The notes under the pieces: generated by a model | Seen by the model: only the letters and a program-made list of their open reading frames with translations | Told to the model about the DNA's origin: nothing | Database searches by the model: none | Shown here: piece after piece, positions 1-16,748 of the stretch | How the letters are laid out: each line of letters opens with the position of its first letter | Numbering within the stretch: position 1 is the first letter of the stretch | From: the human T2T-CHM13v2.0 reference genome, Homo sapiens | Length of the DNA stretch: 64,000 nucleotides | Direction: 5' to 3' (one strand) | NCBI RefSeq assembly: GCF_009914755.1 | Contig: NC_060928.1 | Translations under genes and position numbers: made by a program

Positions 1-8
1 TCTTCATT
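1..8 (-). CDS. APBB2: APBB2 coding exon, 5' end only (N-E-E..., PTB2), runs off the window edge
   Basis: Minus strand reads TGTCTCTTGCAG|AATGAAGA. It is phase 0 and continues ...ISEK from exon 1717-1602, matching the recalled APBB2 sequence ISEKNEEEVL. Confidence 0.85.
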
Positions 9-1059
9 CTGCAAGAGACATTATGCGGCATCCAATCAGGAGATCCCAGGATCAAGCTTAAGAGTGGCAGCACATAGGAACTGGCATTCAGAAAGTATAG
101 CCAGGCCGAATTCAGAAAGGACCTGTGTTTTTCTCGAAAGGCGGAACCTTGCCCAAATGTCTGAAGAGGCCATCACTGCATGGCTACCCTGTTCTGGAGG
201 TCATTCTTGCTCTGAACTACACTGCTGTCATGGGGTGTGATGTGGGTCCCATTCTCCATTATGCTACGTGGCTGTGAGTTCACTGTGGGGAGGGACAGTG
301 CCGTCCATACTTCTTACATCTAGCCCAAATACAGGACACCTGGTGGCCCAAAACCCATTTGGCCAAGTAAACCCCCAGAGCACCAGAAAAAAGGGATTCA
401 CGGTATCTTTCTTCGTCCAGTGATTCTTACCCAAACTAAACAGCACACTGAATCACATTTCCATCTAAAACCATATAAAACAAAAAGCTGCCAAATCAAC
501 AAAAAGTTGTCAAATTGTTTTTTTCTTTTCTCTCTTGCAAACTGGTGTCCATCTGGGATCCACATGAGGCAGCGTAAAGAAATGTTCAGAATTCTTTCTC
601 ATAGGGATGAACACCACATCCTTTGCAAGAACCATATGCAAGTTTTGAATTAATAAACACATCCAAAATGTTGACTTTTGGATCATTAACATCTTGACTA
701 ATTAAATATTCACTCTAGTGCCTTGGGAGTGTTTAATGAGCAAAGTACACTAGTGTGAGAGGTCGGGAAGTTTTCTCAGGAGGAAGGAGGCTGTGGTGGT
801 GATCTGGGTAAGGGTCGGGTAGGCAGAGGGTGGAGCATGGAGGGTGCAGTGCTTGCGATGATGCTGGTGTGGGGAAGGGCGGGACCTACTTGAAGAGGTG
901 AGGAGAGCTCAGTGTGGCCAGCTGGAGGCAGGCAGTGAGCACCCTGCTCCTCTCTCCAGGGTGAACCGGGCAGCTGTGGGGCAGGCTGATGACTGGTGGT
1001 CTTTCCCTGGCAGGTGCTTCACAGAGGCAGAATAGAAAAGTGGGCACAAGTCTGGGCCA

Positions 1060-1165
1060 GGTTGCCTGGATTTAAGTCCTGATTCCATTGCTTCCAACTG
1101 TGTGATGCTGGGCAAATGACTTAGCCTCTCTGTGCTTCAATTTCTTCAACCACGAAACTGAGATA
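1060..1165 (+). mobile_element. MIR fragment
   Basis: MIR core: TGTGTGATGCTGGGCAAATGACTTAGCCTCTCTGTGCTTCAATTTCTTCA. Confidence 0.7.
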
Positions 1166-1601
1166 ATTTGGGCTGAGGCTAATGTGGCCTCTTCTCAAGA
1201 CAACCAATAGCTCCTTCTGCTACTGATAGTCACAGGACTCTCCCAAATGGAAGCATCTTCTGCTTTTCATCCCCAGATCACACAGCCCAGGCAATACTGG
1301 CGCCCTGAGAGTGAGCGACTACTAGCGTCACACACTCACCTCTAGCAAACAATTTCTCTCTGGGGCACATGAGGAAGACAGAATCAGAAGCACCAGAAGA
1401 GAAGTTTCTCAGGCCACAGGAAAACAGAGGTATGCACAGATTTAGACCCAGACAAAGGGCCAAATCTTTCAAATGTAGGCCATCTTAATCACAAGGATGC
1501 ACAACTCCGGCCTTGACTATGTTCCTAAGTTCCACAGAAAACCACTGTATCTTATACTCACTGTATAAGACACACCAATGTCATCGAAGATTCCTTCTCA
1601 C

Positions 1602-1717
1602 CTTTTCACTGATGACAGTCACAGTGGCATCAGCCACGTTCATGTTCACTGACAGCCAGTCCTCCTTGTTGGATGAGGTCATAAGATTTTCTATGGCACT
1701 GTTCAAAATATCCATTC
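1602..1717 (-). CDS. APBB2: APBB2 coding exon, 116 nt, (G)MDILNSAIENLMTSSNKEDWLSVNMNVADATVTVISEK, PTB2
   Basis: Acceptor CCTTTTCTGTCCCCAG|GA and donor AAG|GTGAGA. Open frame, and phases (1 in, 0 out) match the neighbouring exons. Confidence 0.96.
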
Positions 1718-1877
1718 CTGGGGACAGAAAAGGATAATTTAAAGTGTCCTAAAGCCACTTCCACACTCAAATGTGGGCCCAAATCACCAATAACAGCTAC
1801 GCCCAGACTGATCTTTTTTTAATAGACAGGACACTTCATTCTCATGTTTGCTCAACAGGAATGAAATACCAGCTTCT

Positions 1878-2141
1878 GGCCGGGCGTAGTGGCTCACGCC
1901 TGTAATCTCAGCACTTTGGGAGGCTGAGCCAGGATCATTTGAGGTCAGGAGTTCGAGACCAGCCTGGCCAACACGGTGAAACCCTGTCTCTACTAAAAAT
2001 ACAAAAATTAGCTGGACATGCTTGCTTGAACCCAGGAGGCGGAGGCTGCAGTGAGCTGAGATCGCACCACTGCACTCCAGCCTGGGCAAGTATCAGTGAG
2101 ACTCTGTCTCAAAAAACAAAAAAAGAAAAAGAAAAAAAAGA
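1878..2141 (+). mobile_element. AluS with an internal deletion in the right arm
   Basis: GGCCGGGCGTAGTGGCTCACGCC start, A-tail, and TSD-like GAAATA(C/A)CAGC. Confidence 0.95.
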
Positions 2142-2351
2142 AATAACAGCCTTTTCAGTAGGAGAGGAGAGTCAGGAGAAGCTCCGGGGACCTGGTGCCT
2201 TAGACGCTGTCTACCTATGCAGACCATGGCCCTTCAGCCTCTCTCCACCCTCACTGTCTCTTGATGGCACCTTTACAGTGGATCCCCTCATTGAGTAGGG
2301 CCCTTTTGCCAGCTGTTTCCACAGTTTTTCTGGGGGATAGGGGTGGGAGTG

Positions 2352-3330
<979 letters not shown>

Positions 3331-3843
3331 CCTGGTGAAGGCTTCATCTCCCAGTCTCTTTTTGGCTTGGTATAGCCCAGCAACTACACTCTGCCCCTGG
3401 CATGTGAGCTGAATGCTGTGTGTGCCACTACTGTGTCACTCCTTGACAGCATGAAGCCTCCACAGTCCTTTCTCCTGGCCCGCCAGCTGACAAGACACGA
3501 AGCAGGTGCCCTGGCCTCAGAGATGGAGGCCTCGTTTCAGAGCAGCGGAGCTCTTCCACGGCCCTGAGTCACACAGCTCTGGACTACTGGGTAAACAAGA
3601 AATCCACGTCTGTATTGCTAAAGTCCTGCATGCTGGGGATGACAGGTCAAAGCAGCGGGGCCTGTCCCTCTACTCATCTTTTGATCAGGACCGTTTATGT
3701 TCTCTGGCAGGTGACAGTGTGACAGTTTGATTCAAGACAAGGCGTGAGAGTAAACAGCAGACCTCACCCTCCTCGGAGGGCGAACGCCTCCTGTGAGCTC
3801 CCGCACACTTGCAAAGTGGAAAGACAATAAACATTTCACATAC

Positions 3844-3927
3844 CGACTGGTTTGTCTACAGGTAACATGCCCAAGTACTGCACGTGGAACTTCTGGACCA
3901 GCTCAGTCTTTGGTGTTGGAAAATCTA
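3844..3927 (-). CDS. APBB2: APBB2 coding exon, 84 nt, (V)DFPTPKTELVQKFHVQYLGMLPVDKPV(G), start of PTB2
   Basis: Acceptor TTTTGTTCCCTGTAG|TAG (tandem) and donor TCG|GTATGT. Contains the PTB-type F-x-V-x-YLG motif. Phase 1/1. Confidence 0.96.
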
Positions 3928-4307
3928 CTACAGGGAACAAAAGCAACACATCTTTCTCAGTGGTTCCAACACACATGTACACAACAGCCGTGGCTCTGCA
4001 TCATCTGAATGCTCAGGACACGCCCTGTGCCATAACGCCCTATGTTTCTGGATGTAAATGTAACAACTATTCTACAAGAGCAGCATTACTCCAGATATTG
4101 GGGCTCTGTTAAAATCCTGTTCAACTTTCAAGATAGGAATGCATGTGAAAGCAGGAAGTGGCATCTATGTGTTAAAGCTGCTACTGTCTCTTTGATGTAT
4201 ATTAAGTAAAGTAGCAGCTTTTGGTGTCCTATTTAATTAGGTGTGGTTGATGCCCAGAGAAAATGTAACCTCAAAGGGCACAATCAGAGACATAGGAAGA
4301 TAACTGA

Positions 4308-4722
<415 letters not shown>

Positions 4723-5088
4723 CAACCCACGTGTTTTTAAACCAGCCAGGGTCCTTATCCCAGGTTGTACATGAATTATAATATGAAGACAGTATTCTTA
4801 AAGAACATAAAATACAAAACAAAATGAAAACGAAGGCAAAAACTAAAGACAATATTCTTTAATCTTGTCCAATAACAACAAAACTCATCCTGGCTTTATG
4901 CCTAACCCTAGTGATGCAAAATCAACTCTGTGCCTCTGTGAGACCCAGCGTGCAGGCTCAACTTGTGCTTACTGAGTTGAGTGTGCTCTTTAAGGAGACT
5001 TGAAATACCAGAGAACCATCTGAGAGCCTTCAGTCCTGGACCAGGAGGGACAGGGCCATAATGAAGACATGAGGTGCCACTGACTTAC

Positions 5089-5176
5089 CTTGCAAAGGGA
5101 CATCGAGGTTCACATTGGCCCTTTCCTGTAAGGAGCTGCAGGCCAGCGCTTTGGCATTCTTCCGTTCAGCCATAAT
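5089..5176 (-). CDS. APBB2: APBB2 coding exon, 88 nt, IMAERKNAKALACSSLQERANVNLDVPLQ, PTB1 C-terminal helix and linker
   Basis: Acceptor TTTTTCCCCCTTAG|ATT and donor AAG|GTAAGT. Phase 0 in, 1 out. Confidence 0.96.
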
Positions 5177-5559
5177 CTAAGGGGGAAAAAGTGCAGCTTT
5201 GGAGCGTGGGTTCAAGCCCCCATGTCTTCAGCTATTCCAGCCTGTAAAGTGTCTAGGTTGACTTCACTTCCAAGTTAGATCAGCTTTAGTCTATTGCCTG
5301 AAGTCCCACCCCTGCATCTCTGGGGCTACATATTTTGTTGAGGAATTCCACTCATTTTCTCTGGGGATGATAGGTGAAAAACTATTCCTCAGAGTAGCAG
5401 TCTCCTGATTGCTTGGAATGGACTTCTTCCATTCACCAGGCTCCCACCTCTACTAGAAACAACTCAAACAAGTCTCCCTGGTCTTGCATGGACCCTGCCG
5501 GCCCACAGTGGCCAGCGGCAGCCACAGCAGTGGCTTCTTCCAGTGCTTCCAAATGCCAC

Positions 5560-5770
5560 CCTTTGAAGACAGACAACATGGGTTCAAACTGCACCTCTGC
5601 CACTTACTAGCTGTGTGACCTTGACCTTGGGCAAGTGACCTGATCTCCTGTGTCTCCACTGCACACGGAGGTGGTTAACAGTATTTGTCTCAGATGGTAG
5701 TTCTGAGGATCACATGAGTGAGTGTGTCACGCATAGGGAAGGCCTAGACAGCATTAAGTGCTCAGAAATG
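5560..5770 (+). mobile_element. MIR
   Basis: GGGTTCAAA...CTGCCACTTACTAGCTGTGTGACCTTG core. Confidence 0.75.
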
Positions 5771-5778
5771 TCCCCTGC

Positions 5779-6140
5779 TGACATGCTTTGGCTGTGTCCT
5801 CACCCAAATCTCGTCGTGAATTGTAGCTCCCTTAATTCCGATGTGTTATGGGAGGGACCTGGTGGAGATAACTGAATCACAGGGGCAGTTTTCCCCCATA
5901 CTGTTCTCGTGGTGGTGAGTAAGTCCCACAAGAGCTGATGGTTTGACAAGGGGTTTCCCCTTTTGCTTGGCTCTGATTCTCTCTTGCCTGCTGCCATGTA
6001 AGACGTGCCTTTCACCTTCCACCATGATTGTGAGGCCTCACCAGCCACATGGAACTGTGAGTTCATTAAACTTCTTTTTCTTTATAAATTACCCAGTCTT
6101 GGGTATGTCTTTATTAGCAGCGTGAAAGCCGACTAATACA
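5779..6140 (+). mobile_element. THE1-type MaLR solo LTR, 362 bp
   Basis: TGACATGCTTTGGCTGTGTCC...GACTAATACA termini, with a perfect 5-bp TSD CCTGC (5774-5778 and 6141-6145). Confidence 0.93.
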
Positions 6141-6999
6141 CCTGCCATTTTTGCTGTTATCCTCAAACTGCTCTAAATTGCTTCTCTTCTGTAAGGGACA
6201 CTGATGTCTGCTTTACTTAAGAGTAAAGCACTTTATACTCCTGTTCTCCACCAGTTACATACAGTGCTGTGGGTTTAGGGACTGAAAGAAGCCCACCCTT
6301 TAGTGACCCCAAAAGTAACTCGGATCTTCATTCCCAGACTAAGTTTTCCATTCCAAGTGGAGTGAAAGTCATTTCCATCGCAGACCTCTACTCTGCCTAT
6401 CTCCAGATCTGTGCCCAGGGCAGCGAGCAAGAGGGCTGCCGACAAGAATAAAATCAAGCGTTTCCTGCATACTTATTCTGTGCCAGGCCATGTTCTGAGG
6501 GCTTTATGCCAGAATATAAGCTCCATAAGGGCAAGGACTTTTTTTTTTCTGTTTTGGTCATTGCCCTCTCCCCAGTGCCTTTGATAGTGCCTGGCACATA
6601 AATGGCATTCCATTCTATGTGTTGCATGAATGAATGAGAAATGAAATCCAGGGAGCAGGCCGCAATGCTGCAAATGGCAGCAACACCCCCGTCTCATCAA
6701 TGCAAGAATGTGAACATGGGCGGGAATAAACGTGGTGATCTCAAGACCAGTGCCCATCCTGCACGTCCCCATCGTGGGATTCAGAGCAGCAGACGGGGGC
6801 ACTCTTTCATTCTGAGGCTGGGGACAGCTCCCTGCCCCTGTCCCTCCCTCAGGCACCATGGCTTGGACCTCCTGCTCGGTTAACAGGCTGGGCCAACTCC
6901 TGGCCTGGGTTGGGTCTTGACGGCTCAGGAAGAATTGTGGGAGTGAGGCTGGGTTATGATGTCAGCCTGAATCAGAAAGGTGACATTCAACAGAGGGGA

Positions 7000-7720
7000 T
7001 GGCAAAATTCTGCATCTAAATTCAAGAAATTAACCAAGTCTGGGGCATGGAAAGGGCTGGCTAAAAGAAGCTTGTGCCAGTGTGTTGGGGGTTCAGCTGC
7101 CACCATGTGAAGAGAAATCAGGGGGTGATGTGGTTGCCAAGAACATCGAGCACCACAATAGTGTGTCCTTGGCGGTCAAAGGACAGAGCAGCCCCTGGCC
7201 CTGGTCTGCTCTCTGCTCACTTTTGGAATACTGTGTTCATCTGGGGGATCCAACCAGAGAGTGCCCAGAAGACAATGGTTAGGGACTGGAATAGCCATGT
7301 GACCCAAAAGTGGCTGCAGAGACGGGGGTGGTGGATCTGGAGAGGGAGGAAGTCAGGGGCAAGAAGACTCAATGATAGATGCTTGTCCAGCGCCTCTAAA
7401 ACACATAACACATGGTGAAACACAGCAAGGCTTCAAGTGTCTGAGGAGCTGGCCACCAAAGAGAATGGGGGGACCTTTCTCTGCTGCTACAGATGGCAGA
7501 TCTCCAGTCAGTACCTGGAAGTTCCAAGAGGAAGATTTCGGGTCAACATAAAGAAGAAATCTGTAACAGCCAGAGCTGCTTGGTAATAGAAACTCCTCCT
7601 GAAAAGCAAGAGACTCCATCTGTGGGAGTCCATGGGTGTGTAGGGCAGAGGGTGGGGGGATGTCTGCAAGGGGGCTGTTATGCTGGTGGGAGGCGGAGGC
7701 TAGGCTGGTGACGCCAGACT
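7000..7720 (+). mobile_element. Probable ancient CR1/L3 fragment
   Basis: Degenerate similarity to the L3 3' region (TGGAATACTGTGTTCA..., CTTCAAGTGTCTGAGGAGCTG...), judged by eye. Confidence 0.45.
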
Positions 7721-8041
7721 GTTTGTTCTCATTTTGAGGCTGTGACTCTGGTTAAGGAAGTCTCACTAGCATGAGACCACAGTCTTGCCTCCCAGCTGGA
7801 CAGGGAGCTTCTACGAGCCACTGTGTGTCCTCAGGAAGTTGGTGTGTGTTAACGGCAATCCCCAGCTCCCTGCATTTGCAGAAACCCTGGATGGTTTCTT
7901 GCCACCTCCTTTCCTGTAGCCTTTTTCTCTACCCACATTCACTCTCAGGTCAGATGGCCCTGCCCCTGGAAAATCCGCTTTGACTCCTTTTCCCAGTTTT
8001 CTGGGGTGTACGTATCTCTGCCATTGTTTTGCCTACCTGAG

Positions 8042-8296
8042 ATATATACATTTCTAGGCTGCGGGAGGGACTATGGTTCTATTCATTTTGTGTAGATGGA
8101 GTGCTACTTAGAGCAATGCCTGCCCTGCAGCAAAAATACTTTAATGACTTGGCTGAACACACACACACACATATATATATATATGTTTCCAGGCGGCGGG
8201 AGGGACTATGGTTCTATTCATTTTGTGTAGATGGAGTGCTACTCAAGAGTGATGCCTGGCCCGCAGCAAGAATACTTTAATGACTCTGGCTGAACA
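8042..8296. repeat. Local tandem duplication, two ~120-bp copies separated by a (CA)n(TA)n microsatellite
   Basis: GCGGGAGGGACTATGGTTCTATTCATTTTGTGTAGATGGAGTGCTACT occurs twice, about 135 bp apart. Confidence 0.95.
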
Positions 8297-8419
8297 ATCT
8301 GCCTACTTCTCCCTGAGCTCAACTGCAGGTTGATGTGCCCACTCCCCCGCCCTTCCACATCCTTTTATGCAGCAAGAAAAAAAGAGAGAGGCGGCCCATA
8401 CTGCCCTGACCCACCTTAC

Positions 8420-8534
8420 CTTGGAGCAGATCTCGTGGAGACTTGTGGCAATGGCTTTTGCTGGTGTGTCACATCGAAATACATGACATTTCAAAATTCT
8501 TGTATCTTTATCTCTTGCTACATAAGCAAAATCC
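8420..8534 (-). CDS. APBB2: APBB2 coding exon, 115 nt, (R)[41 protein letters not shown]1
   Basis: Lies within ORF 8303..8542(-) and carries the FE65-family PTB1 motif DFAYVARD...CHVFRC. Acceptor TTTTGCTTGCACAG|G and donor AAG|GTAAGG. Phase 2 in, 0 out. Confidence 0.97.
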
Positions 8535-8743
8535 CTGTGCAAGCAAAATGTATCAGTCCATTAGTAAGAGAAGCTGATTACCAACACATACTTTAGTTAT
8601 GAAGTTAACTGAGCTAGCAGCCAGCGTGTCAATGGTAAACAATGTATGCAATGATTAAAAGAAAAATTAAATTACAATAGCTTCCTAACATATAGTTTTA
8701 TGACAATTAGAAATTCATTTCTGAGTAAAATACCTACGATGTG

Positions 8744-9417
<674 letters not shown>

Positions 9418-9938
9418 CTAACAACCCTTAGTGAAAACTGAATTTCACAGAACCCTTCTATCTAGTGTAATAACCAGTGTTATGATTAGAAAACAGAAAG
9501 GCTTGAGGAGCGCATGAATCGCAAGATGATATAATGACACAGACAGTGGCGCAGCGGAAGCAAACAATAGGCTCTGATGTATAAACATGTGCACAAACAA
9601 TGGACCAGCCCACAGCTGACTGAGAAAGTTGAAGGGCAATCACAGGGAATGTCAGAACACAAAGAGACACCATGGACTGCAGTCCTATCAAAGGCCTTTG
9701 ACTGTTTTAAACACGTCTCAGACTCCAGATCTCAGAGCGACGGCAGCGGCGGCACATCATTTATTGCTTGCTGAGACACCTTGGTGAGCATGCAGCCGAC
9801 GTTGGGTGTTCGCATTTTTTCTACTGATAAAAAGGATACTGACTGTGACATTACTTGGCTTCAAAAGAACCATGCGATACGACTGTATTTCTCCATGTTA
9901 ACATTGGAAGACAGCAGTTCAAAGATGAAAGTGTTTTT

Positions 9939-9964
9939 ACACACACACATATTTATATATTTAT

Positions 9965-10017
<53 letters not shown>
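9939..10017. repeat. (CA)n/(TA)n microsatellite
   Basis: Direct reading of the sequence. Confidence 0.95.
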
Positions 10018-10018
<1 letters not shown>

Positions 10019-12489
10019 CAAGCTTTACCCATCTAGGAATGGATCACAGTGATTTATTTGCATCTGATGCTAAGCCAGGATACTGTCTGGAGATATAACT
10101 ACAGAGGAATTTTTAAATTATTTCTCTTAAGGTAAGACCTGGCAGCCTTTTCATAGACTATGATGGATACTTTCCCCAAGAAAGCCTTGGTGGCCTTGGG
10201 AAGGGACAGGGATTTACTATAGCAGGCAACTGGCCATCGTGAAGGTCTGGCCGGAAAACCCTGCCTCGCAACCTCACCTCGCCATGCCCCAGGCAGCCCT
10301 GCAGTGGGGCTCCCTAAGCCCAGGCTCCAGCTCAGCAGCACCTCACCTGGCTGCCCCATGACGCTTTAATCACCGGCAATCCACACATGACCCCAACATT
10401 TCTCCTCCCAACCTACTCCTGCTTCCTCACGTTCTAGCTCAGTGTCCTCCATGCTAGAACCGGACTCCCCCTGCCTCACGTGCCACACCCAATCCCCACA
10501 TTCGTCCTGTTTCACCTCCTGGAAATTTCTGGCATCCATCCCTCCATTTCCAGCCCCCTCACCACGCAGCCATTCTAAGCTGCTCTTTGCCTCCCTGCCT
10601 GTGCTCAGGCCATCTCCATCCCCTTGCCAGGACTCAGCTGAAGATGGGTGAGAGCCTGGAAGGTTCCTCGCACACACAGTACATACACGGGGGCACAGCA
10701 AGTGTCTGAGTGTGTCTTCCCCTCAACACTCTGCAGCTCCATGAAGACGACTGTGCCTAACTCATCCCAGCGTCTAGTTCAGGCCTGGCGTATCACCGGT
10801 ACTAATACATGTTTGCGGGCTGAGTACAAGTGTGGGCCTGTGGCACACATCCCTCCTTCCTGTTGGGAAAGTCGGTCCTTGCTCAGTACTGAATGGGTTC
10901 CACGACTGGGCTCGGGGGTGGGTTGGGGCAAGTCACTGGGCCGAGACTTTGAGGGGTGAGCACAGTCTTCTCCACACTGTGGCCTTCCCATCCAGCCTCA
11001 ACCACCATCAAGGCAACACATAAGAAATGGACAGAAGACATCCCTTTTGGAGATCACACTCAAGGGATGCCTTGCTTCTGGTTCTCCTCCCTAGAGGGTC
11101 CTTCAGAAATACACCACGTCTCCCGGCACACAACTCCAATCCTTCCAACTTCCATGTGCAGCCACCATCTTCCTGAGGCCAAATCTCCCCAAAGCTCCCT
11201 GTGGTCAACCACACAAAGTCCAAAAACCTCTGGGTGGATTTTAAGAGTTCCAAAATTTGTCCCACCAACTTTCCAGCATGTTCCTCCCACTGCACGGCAC
11301 TCCCCGCTGCTCCAGAAGAGGTGGGACTTGGTGTCCGCTCGTAGTGGTGTCTTCCCTCACGTGGTGGCCAGTGGCCCTCCCCACACTGTCCAGCACACGC
11401 CCATCTACTCAGCCTAGCCCAGCTCAACGGTCCGCCTGGTCCTCTGGCCCCAGGACCCTGCTTGTATCAAAATGCCCACGGTATTTACATTCTGTGCTAC
11501 AAAGAAGAGGTCGTTATATCATAACTTTTTGTAGTTACTGTTACAGGTGTCACCTGTGTCTGTCCTCTAAGAGACAGCAGCAGCCAGAAGGGCCAGGCAT
11601 TGAGATTCTGGCCACCCACATTCGAGTCTCAGCCCTGCTTCCACTTAGCTATACAACCCTGGGCATGGAATTTCACCTCATCTTTAAGTGAAGGGGTTGA
11701 AAAACATGATTTCCAAGTCCCTCCCCGGCTCTGACATTCTCTGATAGAAGCCTCCAAGATCCATCAGCCTCTCCATGGTGGCTGGCAGGCCCCAGCGTGC
11801 AACATCCCAAGGTTACCGACACGGCGGATGAACAGGTCCTGGTCAATAAGCAATGGATTATTCCTATCGAACTTCGGCTTTGTGCCCTCTGTGCCTCAGT
11901 TCTTTCATAGGCAGCCTTTTAGGCTTAACTTTAAAAAATTATGATTATTAATCTTCATTTTCCTCTGGCGCAGAGCAAGGTGACTGATGCCTTAAGGGCA
12001 ACCATCTGGAACCCACAGCTTCCCCAGGGAGAAACTCAGCAGCCTCAGGCTTTTTTGGGAGGAATTCTCACTTTTTTTTTTTTTACAGCCTTATCTTTTG
12101 TTGTTTCCTCCAAGGTAGAGGCTAATAGATTAGGGAGGCAGCAATCTGTCAGTCCATGACGGTGGGTGAGTCCGGTAACTAACCCTCCAGAGGTTTCATC
12201 ACTTCCCAGGATAAAACAGGTGTCTTCTCCTCACTGTAGAGGTCAAGAGATTTGTGCATTTCCCATTTCACTCTCATGTAACATATCCCGAGTCCCTAAA
12301 TATGGAGATCTGTAAGAGGCAGTGAGGCCTTTCTTTCAGGCCTAGAGCACAGACCAGTGGAGCGACTTCATCTATGGACAATGAAACATACAAGCGATCG
12401 AATTTCATTGATTTAAGACGAAATCCAAGCATCACTTGCCTGTGTGAAAAGCCTGCCTTTTTGGCACCTGACTTCTGAAAAGGGCTGCT

Positions 12490-12890
12490 GCGGGAGAGTC
12501 ATGATCCCTCCCCACATCCCAGGAACCTGTGGCTATGTTCCCTTACATGCCAACAGGGGCTTGGCGGATGTGATCAACAAAGGATCCTGAGATGGGGATG
12601 TTACTCTGGACTATCTAGGTGGGCCCCGCAAATTCACAAGGGAAGGCGGGAGGCACTTTCTTCCTAAGGGAAAGAACAGGAGGCAGGGGCCAAGGAATGC
12701 AGGCAGCCTCAAGAAGCTGGAAAAGGCAAGAAAACGGATTCTCCCCGAGAGCCCCTGGAAGAAACACAGCCCAGCCAACACTGGGATTTGACATTTCTGA
12801 CCTCCAGAAACAGAAAAGAATCAAGTGGCGTGGCGTTAGGCCACTCGGTTTGTGGCCATTTGTTACAGCAACAATAGGAAATGAATGCAA
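12490..12890 (+). mobile_element. MLT1 (MLT1C/D-like) MaLR LTR
   Basis: GGAACCTGTGGCTATGTT...GCAAGAAAACGGATTCTCCCCGAGAGCC...TTTGTTACAGCAACAATAGGAAATGAATGCA. Confidence 0.8.
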
Positions 12891-12955
12891 CTGCCGTTTG
12901 GATTTTATGGTGTGGTATTAAAGACTGATATTTTTTAAAATATTCAATTCATTAA

Positions 12956-14140
<1,185 letters not shown>

Positions 14141-14153
14141 AAAAGACAAAGCT

Positions 14154-14472
<319 letters not shown>

Positions 14473-16081
14473 CATGTCAAACCAAGGCCTGGCGACTGGG
14501 GAAGAAAGACATTTAGAGGCCTTGTTTGAGGCAGGAGGTCCAATGAGAAGGTGGGAAAAAAATTGCTGGGGAAGAGGGCAGGAGAAGCCCAGGAGAGGCT
14601 GGTCCCAAAGATATCAAAGAAAGGGGGTTGAGGGAAAGGGGTAGAGAGCTTTCCAGAACAGTGGGAGACAGGCCAGGTGGTCTCAGCCACAGGGAGGTCT
14701 GCAGTGACCTTGGCCTCCTGGACCCTTACCTGGGAGAAGGAGTTTGGGGCCCAGCCTGAGGAGTACAGGAGTTAAAAGAACAGAGTTCATCCATCTCTCT
14801 CCTTTCTGTTTTTTACTCTTCTCCTTCTGGAACTTTCCAAACACACATAAAAATTGAGAAGATAGTAAACAAACTCTATATCCCATCAGCTGGCTTCCAC
14901 AGTGATCAAAATGTCACCCATTAGTTTTTTACACAGCTGGGTTTTTCCCCAATCCCAGTGTCATGATGCTAAAGGCCACTGTGGTCATACGTAAGAGCAA
15001 CAGGGTAGGTCCTTGATTTTCTTGTATTCTGAGGGGGAGAAGAAATTGCTTTGTAGTAAACACACCTCCACACTCAGAGTGTTCCTGACAGACTGTGCAA
15101 ACCTAAACTGGTGCGATCAGCTCAGGCCGAGCATGTGGGCTGGGGAGGAAAGAGTGTGTCGGGTGCCACATGGCCATCAGGCGTCAGGCAGCCAAGCAGG
15201 CAGGGCCCGTAGCCAGCTCTGTTGCTGCATGGGACACGGGGGCTGGCTGGTCCACTGCAGGCACCTTTGAGGAGCCTTCAGGTTGGGAGCCCTTGAGGGC
15301 TATCCTTCCGTTAGCACTTCCGGCTTCCAGAGCACCAGGAGGGTCCCATCTCAGACAGGCTGGGAGCCATACTCATTAACCGGGCGCCTCACACAGCCAC
15401 GCAGGGTCCAGGCTTCAGCATCTCGTCTGTAAAACCACACAGCTGGCCCAAAAGATCTCCAAGGGCCAGAAAGCACATCACTCCCAGTTTTTCCAACAGC
15501 TTCTAGATTCCCAGGAACCTGTGGTTATCTGAAATTCTACCACCTGTGATCATCAGACACGATCTGTCTGACACTTGGCAGCAAGACCCGTTTCTGCTCT
15601 CTGCTCCAGCTCATGCCATACCCTAGCCATTTACAAGGCTAGGCCAGGAGCCATCTGCTGCCCATACATGGAGTCTCACTCCATTTAACGCCTGCAGTCA
15701 TGAGAATCATTGCGTTTTCTTTTATAAGCCAGGAAGTGGAAGGGTTATAGCTATAGTTTCTTGTGTCTCTTCTTTAAATGGTGACAGAAGCTAGTACCAG
15801 GAATCAAGTACCTGTTGCCACCTGCTTACTGAGCCCTGGTGTTTCCAACTCTTTTCATTCCTGTCTTTTTGGCTGTCTTCCTCAGTAATTACTCTCCCAG
15901 AGGACCAAGATAGAGTTTTGCTGGAGAAAAATGACAGTGTTAATACATCTTATCTGACAGCCTCAAATTTCTTAATTAAAAAAATATAAAGGACCAAAGA
16001 TTGCTTTTATATATTCTCAGTTATATAGCATTCTAATCACTCAATAGGGGCTTAATCCATCTTTATGGAATGAATAAATGA

Positions 16082-16748
<667 letters not shown>

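Noticed and set aside
8535-8542. ORF-track start 'MHR' upstream of DFAYVARD
   Set aside because: This is intronic acceptor sequence (TTGCACAG) and the codon is TTG. The exon begins at 8534.
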